Below the pieces are notes generated by a model that did not search any database, was not told the origin of the DNA, and saw only the letters and a list, made by a program, of their open reading frames with translations. 64,000 bases of DNA. Source: Pachysolen tannophilus NRRL Y-2460. Taxonomy: Eukaryota. The stretch spans positions 289,868 through 353,867 of the forward strand of contig KV454016.1 of assembly GCA_001661245.1 (NCBI GenBank), written 5' to 3'. A program made the position numbers and the translations under genes. Position 1 is the stretch's first letter. Each line of letters starts with the position of its first letter. Of this stretch, positions 55,617 to 64,000 are shown piece by piece.

Positions 55617-57739
55617 GTAATGGCGGCAGTTTTAATTTCGAGGAAAGCAGGGAGAATTTTTCTCATTCTCGTTCTCGTTCTCATTCTGGATCTGGATCTG
55701 GGTCTCCGCAAACTCTTTCGTCGCCGCCGCTTATAGTGACTGCAAGGCAGCTTCAAAGACTTCATCCGAACGAGTCGTACCGTACGCTGGTGAATGATGA
55801 AGAAGACAACGATTCGAATGCGACTAATGAGGAAGAGTTAGTGCGGGTGGAGACTGGAACAAGTGCAATTGATGCAAGGGAAGGTCCTAGGGAAGGTCAT
55901 GGGGCAGAGAATGTGCTGGAACCTTTGGTACTGGAACCTCTGGTACTGGAGCAAAGAGACTTGGGTCAAGAGGAGCTGGTGAGTAGGGCCACAGCTGCTG
56001 GATCATTATCCTCAATGTTGAACATACTAGCATCTTCTTCGAATAGTTTATTGGACCATCTGGCAGGCGCTAGAAGAAACGAGCATAGAAATGCAACTGC
56101 AATATACGATGGTGAGAGACATGTGAATTTCGAAGATATGGATAGGCGCCTATCGTCCTGGAGAATAGTCAGAGCAAATAACAGTGCTCACAACAACAAC
56201 AATAATAATAATAATAATATTAACCATATTGAAAAAGGTCCCGGTGTGATTAGTGATGTTATTACTAATCTGACATCTAATCTTTCAAAAACCATTTTCA
56301 AACAACATTTCAAACATTATCTCAATACTACTAGATCCAAATTGGACACTGTAAATTATAAATCAATGAATAAAAAAATGGATGAATTTTTAGTCAGTAG
56401 AAAAAGAGCAAAATTGATGAATAGAAAAAATATGATTCGTAAGCTGTCTTCCAAAAAGAGAAAGTTGAGTCAATTGAAAGACATTGAAGAAGAAGAAATT
56501 CTGGATAATAAATCAATTTCAACGATGATAGAACCAAATAGTTTTTTACAAAATGGTATCATATTAAAATCAGCTCCAGCAAAATCCAAAAATTATAATA
56601 ATGAATTGATGATAAAGATAACAAATGTTTCATATGAAGAAAATTTAGTACTTGGAACTTTTTTCACAAGTAACGATTCTCCTACTTCAAATGAACAACA
56701 AGAACAACAGTTTAAATTTCATGGAAATATAATAGATTTTGATCATCGTGATTTAAGATATACAACACATCACGGTAACGATGCCATGTCACCTACTTCT
56801 TCAACTTCATTTGATGATACATCTCTGAATATGGATTATTATAGAGCAACTTTAAGTAATGAACATCGCAAAGTAAATGATTTAAAGAAAAAATTGAGTC
56901 GTTGGTTTAAATTACCTCCTTTTAATAAATTATCTTTACAAAAAGATTTTGAAAAAATTTTGATGTGTAATTGTTGTTTAAAAACATTAAATCAAAATTT
57001 TATATTAATGAATTGGAATTTATATATTGATTCAAAAAAAGATTTTTTACATTTGTTAACATCTTTGAATAGATTAACAGGTGAATTATTTATAATATCT
57101 GGAGAATTAGATTATTTTAAAAAATGTCCAGGTTGTAATACAATTCATGATATTACTTCTACTGGAAATTCAATAATAGATAACATATTAAGATCACAAG
57201 AGGATTCAGTTTTGAGACCGTTAAGGCGATTAATATATGCAGATAATAATAGGAGCAGTGAAGCTTTACGTATATTCGGTGATATTAGAAATGGAGGAGG
57301 GTCACATAGTGATAGAAATTATATATTATTAAGAGATTTAGAAGAAAATGTTTGGAGAGATGAACAAAGTAGAGTTGAACAAGTCAATAATAATGGAATT
57401 TTAGAAAATAATTCTAATTCTGAAATTGTTGAACATGAAGAAACTTCAGAAGATGAATTTAAAACTGATAAAAGATTGAAATCCAACAATAAAACAGGTC
57501 TTAAGATAAAAGAAAGTAAGAAAAGAAATTCAAAATCTCTTAAAGAATTTAAAAAAAAATTTTCAGTCAATGATATTGATATTTATGATTATGATGAGCA
57601 GTATGTTACAAAGTTTGTTCCGTATACCGATAAGGGACAATTCAACGATGATACGAATCGAGATAATAGCACTATGGGTAAAAAGAGTAATGGGGTCAAC
57701 CTGGGTTTTTATAATTGTTTTTCATTTGGTTTTTCTTAA
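55370..57739 (+). CDS. Uncharacterised protein, possibly with a divergent Vid24/Gid4 (Vac_ImportDeg)-like domain
   Basis: 789-aa intact ORF. SFLQNG, IKITNVSYEEN.VLG, F.GNIIDF, RWFKLPPF and NFILMNW occur in the order expected for this domain. The CDS is secure; the family call is tentative. Confidence 0.55.
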
Positions 57740-58453
57740 GTCATTTTTTTTTTTTTTTATTTTTTTTTTTTTTATTCCTCTCTTCACAAATACAGGAAAT
57801 CAATTTTTCAAAATGATAAAACCATAAAGAATTTGAATTTGATTTTCTTTATCTATAATTTGTCATTCTATAATTATATCTTGGCTTTTTTTGTATATTC
57901 AATAAAATTGGTGGTATCTTTATGCAAAATTAAAAAAAAATATATATATAGTCTACAACAAAAAACTTGGTAATCAGCTATAGCTGAGGGAAAATTTATT
58001 GCTGTAAAATTCACTCGACTTTGTCAATTGTAAGTGATTACTCTTATAGCTGCTTTCAAAAACAATCTAATTGTCGCAGAAAGGATTTGATTCAAAGTCA
58101 AGTCAAGTCAAGTCGAGTCAATTTACTTCTTCTATGACATTTACAATTATAACTCACAAATTCAAAATTCAAAATTCAAATCAGAAACATGAAACCTATT
58201 ATTCAATTCATCCCATATTTCTTTATCTATGAGTATAAAATAAGAAATCAACAGATATAGAATCGAATTTGGTATTAATGAATTACATATAAAAAATAAA
58301 ACATTTGTTTTTTTTAAGTACCATTTAAATCCATTGTTTTTTCTTTTTTACTTTTTCTTTTTTTTTTTTATTTTTATTTCTTTTTGCTTATCTTTAATAT
58401 CATTTAAATTTCTAAATACGTATATATACATATATATATAGATATATATGTTT

Positions 58454-58505
58454 GTGTGAGTGAGTGAGTGTGTGAGTGAGTGAGTGCGTGTGTGCGAGTG
58501 AGTGT
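58454..58505. repeat. (GTGA)n/(GT)n microsatellite
   Basis: GTGTGAGTGAGTGAGTGTGTGAGTGAGTGAGTGCGTGTGTGCGAGTGAGTGT. Confidence 0.8.
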
Positions 58506-58548
58506 ATTGTAAGTGTGTTGTAAGTTCTAAAACAAGATATTACGGAAG

Positions 58549-59152
58549 ATGTCTTTGAACCCGGATGATTATATTCCAACTATTGATGCAATATTAAGTG
58601 TGTCTGACTTGGAGAAAATTACTGTTAAGAAAATGAGAAATGCTCTTCAAGAATTATTTGATGTTGATTTAACACCGCATAAGAGTGAAATGAATGATTT
58701 AATAATGGAAAGATATTATAAACTAGATGATGAACGACTGGCAAAGAAAAAAAAAATCCAAGAAAGAATTAGAAAAAGAAGATCAAATAATGGCTGCTAA
58801 ATTACAATTATCTTTAAATTCTAGAGCATTAAGAAAAGAATTAAAAACATCATCTCTGAATAAAAAACGTAAGACACCGAAAAGAGAAGGATCAACAAAT
58901 TCAGGTGGATTGATGAAACCCATGAAACTAAGTCCGAAACTTATGGAATTTTTACAAAAAGATAATATACCGAGAACAGAAGTAGTTAAATTAACATGGG
59001 ATTATATAAAAGAACATAATTTACAAAATCCACTGGATAGAAGAGAAATCTTATGTGATGACAAGATGGAACCAATATTTGGAAAGAAAATGACCATGTT
59101 CTCAATGAATAAACTCTTGTCAAATCACATCTTTCCCGTGGAGGAAGAATAG
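58549..59152 (+). CDS. DEK-C + SWIB domain protein (Uaf30/Tri1-like), split by a frameshift at an A10 run (58747-58756)
   Basis: ORF1 IDAILSVSDLEKITVKKMRNALQE is DEK_C-like. ORF2 PRTEVVKLTWDYIKEHNLQNP.DRREILCD...MFSMNKLLS.H is SWIB. Removing one A fuses them. Confidence 0.88.
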
Positions 59153-59527
59153 AATAAAAATAGATGTATTTGTGGAAAAATTGAAAAAAAAAAAAAAAAA
59201 AAAAAAAACCAAAGGATACTTACTTACTTACTTACTTATACTGGTTAGTAAATTGTACCAATGAATATTCAAGCGATAGAATACTTCAATCTTAATGACT
59301 TGATGCTGAATTTTTATTTTTTTTATTTTTATTTTTGTTTTATTTTGTTTTATTTTGTTTTTCATTTTGTTTTATTTTGTGACATGAAGGTACAATGGGG
59401 TTCCGAATCGTTATCATATTATACTTACTTACATATAGTAGTTAGTAATAGTAATTAGTAGAATAAAATAGAGAGAGAGAAAGAGTGAGAAATTAACTGT
59501 GGAAAAAAAGTTAATAAAATTCCAAAA

Positions 59528-59755
59528 ATGCGTAGCGCACTTGTGTAGTAAATAATGTATGAAGTGCACAGACTAGTACGCATATGTTTTGTTAGTAAAT
59601 GCGTACCGCAAAATGTTAGTATAAAAGCGACTAATAATATGCACTTTATGTATTTGTTGTGCGCTAAATTATGCGTACCGCATTTGTTATCTTTTCGTGC
59701 ACATTATAATGCGCTGTTGAAAACGCTTTTAGATTTATATGCGCGCTATTGTTAA
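59528..59755. repeat. Degenerate ~71-bp-period array of ATGCGTASCGCA palindromic cores
   Basis: Cores at 59528, 59599 and 59671, plus a degenerate ATGCGCGC at 59739. Confidence 0.7.
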
Positions 59756-59982
59756 TTTTGTTTTTTTTATTTTTATTTTTAAAAAAGGAATTTTAGGAAA
59801 AAAAAAGGTAGGTTCCTGTGAGATCATAATGAGACTGCTGTACATTTACGCGGTTTATGAATAATAATAACATTTTCCTCAAATTTTCAAGAAAATAAAT
59901 AGAATTGTTGTTTCAGCCGTATTATCTTTAAGAAAAGATTAAAGTCAAAGAGTGAGTTGGGTAGGTGGATTAGTTGTGAATT

Positions 59983-62900
59983 ATGGAAAGTAGAGTGGGA
60001 TCAAAAGTTTCAAATCGACAATCTCGTGTAATAGAGACCTTATCACATTTATCGGTAACTTCCACGTCGACAAATATTATTGATCAACCGGTATCTATCA
60101 ATCAAGATGAATTATATGAAGTACTTCTTAAAGTCTCGATAATAAATTATAGAACAGAACCGAGGTTTAGAAATTTCACTCCTAGGAAAAGTGGTGTTGT
60201 ACCTTCATCATCATCATCATCATCTGCTTCTTCTACTTCTGCTTCTGCTTCTGCTTCTGCTTCTTCTTCTTCAACAATTACAAAATCAAATAGTAGTACT
60301 TCATTACTGCTTTCCAAAAATAATAATACTTCTGTTAAAGGGGATAGATCATCAAGGCGGTTTCATAATTTTAGGCATTCATTTGAACATGTCAAATTAC
60401 CAAGTGATACTATTTCAAATTTAAAAGAAAAATTGAATTTAATTGCATTGAAAAAGGATAGTAGGTATCTGATTGATGATTTAACGAGGAGGTGTCTTTT
60501 ACGTTATTATAATGAATTACTTGATCCTGCAAATAGTAAAGAAATTAATCATATAAAACAACCTGAACAAATTGTTGTAAGATTTGTTGCTTGTGCAACT
60601 AAAGAAATAAATAAAATGGGTACAACGGGATCGGATGAAATAAGTGTAATTCTTTATAAGCAAACAGATTTATTTATATCAATATTAATAGATATTATTA
60701 AAAATGAAAAAAATAGTGAGGCATTAATTAAAAAATTGAATGAATTTAAATCATCAATGAAACCAACAGCTGCAATTGCTAAATATGATTCTTTACAAAA
60801 ATCATTGACTCAACAAACAAAAATTAGTGATATTAATATTATTAAACCTACTTTTAAACTTTCTGAAATGAGTTTGGCTCAACATGTTGGTAAGATTTTA
60901 CAAATAGATCCAATAAAATTACAACAGGATATTGATAGATTAAAAGATAATATTACAGAAAAATCCATATATGATGATTTAAGAAAAATATTGAAAAATC
61001 TTCAAGATCATAATAATGAAGTTGTTTATCAATTAGATGATTTTAATGTTATTAAGGATTATTTAAATTGGAAATCTGGAGAAGAAAGATCAATTAAAGC
61101 ACTTATTGATCGATTTACACCTATATCAACAACAAATAAAATTGAAATAACAAATCCAAAAAATAATTATATTATTATACCTAAAGAAAAAAGAGAATTT
61201 TTTGTTGAATTAGTTCAAAAATGTCTTGAATATGATGAAATGAATAATAATTCCGTAAATAATGTCACTTTGGAAACTCCTACAACTTCTTCACTTTTCT
61301 CCAAGACTTCAATGGATTTGATAGAGTATTGCTCAAAATTATGGAGAATTGATCATTTCACCAAGGCAACGTTGATATTTACAGCTGCTCATCGATCTGT
61401 TTTAAAACTTAACCCTCAAGAAGCTGAAGTAATAGATTTTGTCAAAACTGCAGATATTTTTAACCTTGCAAAGAGAATAGTTGTTGATCAGGGGAAATTG
61501 ACTTGGAATACATTAAGTTGGCCAATGATCGATAGAGTAGAATGGGTTTGTAATTTGACAATAACTTATAACCAAATAATGAATGGAATAAGAGAGTCAA
61601 TTACAAGGATATATTCTAAAAACAAGCCTAAATTTGGACCTTTCTTGGAATTATTAGGTTCTAACGTTGAATGTGACCCTTTATTTTACGAAATTGATAA
61701 AAGTGGGATACCTAAAAAATGGGAAAAAAAATTGTCAAGGGCATTAGTAAGAACTGCTGAATCAAGATATGTCGATTTATTGAAATCAATACCAACAGAT
61801 AATTCTTTAGGTTTAATTCATATTGTTGAAGTTGCTAACAGTGTTATCGAAGATGCAAGGATGTTGACTAAAAGGTATCCAAACCCGTTATTGGGTTTTT
61901 TGTATATACCACATACATGTGCTGGCTTTACAACTGCTACATTTGCTGCAGATGCCAAAAACATGTTATTGCATATAAAATCTTACTCTGAAGATTCAAT
62001 AAGTTATGGAGACTCAATCGAGGTTTATAAAACTTTAGTAGAAATTAGATCAATTTTTGAACAAGTTAGTTCACCATCAAAAAAATTTAAGTTTGATCTA
62101 GAAGAATTTTTCTTCCCATTTGTTGATGAATGGTGTGATGATAGTGGAAAGAAAATTTTGAAGATGATTGATCAAGCATTATTAGAAGATAATTTTGAAA
62201 GTGTTGACGTGGGGAATGGCAAAATGTATAGTTCGTCTGTTGTCGATATTTTCACAATGATTAACCAATTATTTAAAGTATTAAAAGATTTAAACTGGGT
62301 AGATGATTATCAGTTGGCAAAATTTTACACAAAGTTGTTGAAATATGTATCCGATGGTATTGTCACTTATTCAGTTAGGATAACTGATGAAGTGATGAAC
62401 GAATTAGATCAATCAGAGGCACAACAAATTTCTATCAATGAATCAAATAATAGTACGTTATTGAATGGTACGACAGAATGGTTTAAATCTGCTGTTTCTG
62501 GGGGTAGCAAGTTAACACCACCTGAAGCTTATGATTTTAAACCTAGGACTTGTGTTGCATTAAATAATTTGCAAGCTTTCTTGAACAATTTAAACAGTTT
62601 AGAACAACAATTGGATCCTGAAAGGTTATCTTCAATCATTGGTTCTAGAGAGAGAAGTGCTTCGAGGAAATTTACAAGTCATTTATTTTCAATTAGAGTA
62701 ATTAAAGCAGAAGATTTGAAGAATTTCAATTCAAGTAGATTATCGGATCCCTATGTGATATTAGTTGACGCTCAAGCTAAAAGAAGAATAGCAAAGACTA
62801 GAGTCATCACGAATGATTTGAATCCTGAATGGGATGAAGAATTTGAATTGATTATACCTTCAGGTTCTAGCGCGATAATTGGTGCCACAGTTTGGGATGC

Positions 62901-64000
62901 TTCCACTAAGATTGGCTCGCACAACATTTGTGGTAGAACCGTTATAAATTTGCAGCCTAATAGATTCAATAATGATGGTATTCCACAAGATTTAGAATTA
63001 GATTTAGATACACAGGGGAAATTGTTTGTTCAAGTTTTCATGGAAAGTGAAAGAGTTGATGCCATTTTTTGTATGGGTAGAGCTCATAGATCATTAGTAA
63101 GGGCACAGGAAAGAATTGTGAAAGTAATTGTCGCAAAGTTTTCAACTTTTATTAATTTTGCATTTTCTAGAGAAACATTAAAATCCATTTGCGGTAGTAA
63201 TGGTTTAACAAAAGTTAGTCAACAAACTCTGTGTAATGCTATTGTGCCTTTATTTGACTATCTTAATTCAAATTTTCAAACTTTAGCTAGCCATTTAACT
63301 GATGATCTATTGTTAAAAATTATGTTACAAGCTTGGAAAGTTGTTTTACTTAGTGCTGATTCTTTATTATTACCTAAATTATCAAGTGCAAAATCTTCTT
63401 TAAAAATGCATTTAACTAAGAGCCAAAGGAGATTATCGAATTCTTGGCAAAATGCTGTCACTACTGCTATGGCAAATGTAACTGGTGGCAACACTATCAC
63501 TGGCTTTGGTAGAGCTTTAACTCATCAGGAGGTGGATTGTGTATTCGAATGGTTAAGATCGTTATGTTATGATTTTTTCCATAACAATGGTGAAGGTCCA
63601 CCAATTGAAGACTTGAAAAATGAACATTATCAGCAGCTATTACTAGTCCCAGTATTGTACGATAGAGATGCCGTCCATTTAAAACATGAAGTTGAGAAAT
63701 TATCGTTGGCCACATTAAAACTCATTAGACAAAAAAATAACCTCGAAATATTTGGCAATAATAACAGCGATGGCCAAGAATTAACAAGAACAGGAACTTT
63801 GGCAAGATCAAAGACAATCATGGCCCAAGGTTCTGCAAAGGCAAGAGCTCAGGCTGCTCGAGAAGCAAGAGATGCAAGATCAGATCCAATCGCCGCTCAG
63901 GCAGCAGCAGAAGATTTGGTTCTCAGATTGCTATTGATCAAGCACGAAGAACGTTTTGTAGTAGGCAGACTAGAACAAAGAGAAAGATTAGCCCGAAGCA
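59983..64000 (+). CDS. Munc13-homology (MHD1-C2-MHD2) protein, YOR296W/Ync13-like, 3' end truncated by the window edge
   Basis: ATG at 59983 (MESRVGSK...NYRTEPRF) opens a frame that appears open to the window end. It contains SSSVVDIF, a C2 domain (IRVIKAEDL...SDPYV...TRVITNDLNPEWDEEF) and AIVPLFDYLNSNF. Absent from the ORF track. Confidence 0.85.
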   Translation, partial: MESRVGSKVSNRQSRVIETLSHLSVTSTSTNIIDQPVSINQDELYEVLLKVSIINYRTEPRFRNFTPRKSGVVPSSSSSSSASSTSASASASASSSSTITKSNSSTSLLLSKNNNTSVKGDRSSRRFHNFRHSFEHVKLPSDTISNLKEKLNLIALKKDSRYLIDDLTRRCLLRYYNELLDPANSKEINHIKQPEQIVVRFVACATKEINKMGTTGSDEISVILYKQTDLFISILIDIIKNEKNSEALIKKLNEFKSSMKPTAAIAKYDSLQKSLTQQTKISDINIIKPTFKLSEMSLAQHVGKILQIDPIKLQQDIDRLKDNITEKSIYDDLRKILKNLQDHNNEVVYQLDDFNVIKDYLNWKSGEERSIKALIDRFTPISTTNKIEITNPKNNYIIIPKEKREFFVELVQKCLEYDEMNNNSVNNVTLETPTTSSLFSKTSMDLIEYCSKLWRIDHFTKATLIFTAAHRSVLKLNPQEAEVIDFVKTADIFNLAKRIVVDQGKLTWNTLSWPMIDRVEWVCNLTITYNQIMNGIRESITRIYSKNKPKFGPFLELLGSNVECDPLFYEIDKSGIPKKWEKKLSRALVRTAESRYVDLLKSIPTDNSLGLIHIVEVANSVIEDARMLTKRYPNPLLGFLYIPHTCAGFTTATFAADAKNMLLHIKSYSEDSISYGDSIEVYKTLVEIRSIFEQVSSPSKKFKFDLEEFFFPFVDEWCDDSGKKILKMIDQALLEDNFESVDVGNGKMYSSSVVDIFTMINQLFKVLKDLNWVDDYQLAKFYTKLLKYVSDGIVTYSVRITDEVMNELDQSEAQQISINESNNSTLLNGTTEWFKSAVSGGSKLTPPEAYDFKPRTCVALNNLQAFLNNLNSLEQQLDPERLSSIIGSRERSASRKFTSHLFSIRVIKAEDLKNFNSSRLSDPYVILVDAQAKRRIAKTRVITNDLNPEWDEEFELIIPSGSSAIIGATVWDASTKIGSHNICGRTVINLQPNRFNNDGIPQDLELDLDTQGKLFVQVFMESERVDAIFCMGRAHRSLVRAQERIVKVIVAKFSTFINFAFSRETLKSICGSNGLTKVSQQTLCNAIVPLFDYLNSNFQTLASHLTDDLLLKIMLQAWKVVLLSADSLLLPKLSSAKSSLKMHLTKSQRRLSNSWQNAVTTAMANVTGGNTITGFGRALTHQEVDCVFEWLRSLCYDFFHNNGEGPPIEDLKNEHYQQLLLVPVLYDRDAVHLKHEVEKLSLATLKLIRQKNNLEIFGNNNSDGQELTRTGTLARSKTIMAQGSAKARAQAAREARDARSDPIAAQAAAEDLVLRLLLIKHEERFVVGRLEQRERLARS

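Noticed and set aside
52976..59152. TOM70 and the UAF30-like gene as pseudogenes
   Set aside because: Each has a single indel in a homopolymer and no other decay.
59528..59755. CRISPR interpretation of the repeat/spacer pattern
   Set aside because: The host is eukaryotic, the cores are only ~12 bp and inexact, and there are no cas genes.

Overview
This is AT-rich budding-yeast (Saccharomycotina) nuclear DNA with about 24 protein-coding loci, one tRNA-Val(AAC), four short-exon spliced genes and one scaffold gap. The main signal is that in-frame CTG codons repeatedly fall at positions that are Ala in homologs (VAN1, JLP1, DSK2, TOM70, OCT1). This points to the CUG-Ala genetic code of the Pachysolen/Nakazawaea/Peterozyma lineage, so the supplied ORF track mistranslates these codons as Leu. 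The ORF track misses RPL36, the first exons of PRM15/VAN1/CMC4, and two genes that run off the window ends (a DUF3020 protein and a Munc13-like C2 protein). TOM70 and a UAF30/TRI1-like gene are each split at a poly-A run, probably by assembly errors. The best unexplained non-coding signals are an array of TGCG-N3-CGCA palindromes with ~71-bp spacing at 59.5-59.75 kb (with a related ACCGCA core recurring in other intergenic regions) and a perfect 21-bp inverted repeat upstream of GAL4. Homolog comparisons are from recalled family motifs; no searches were run.
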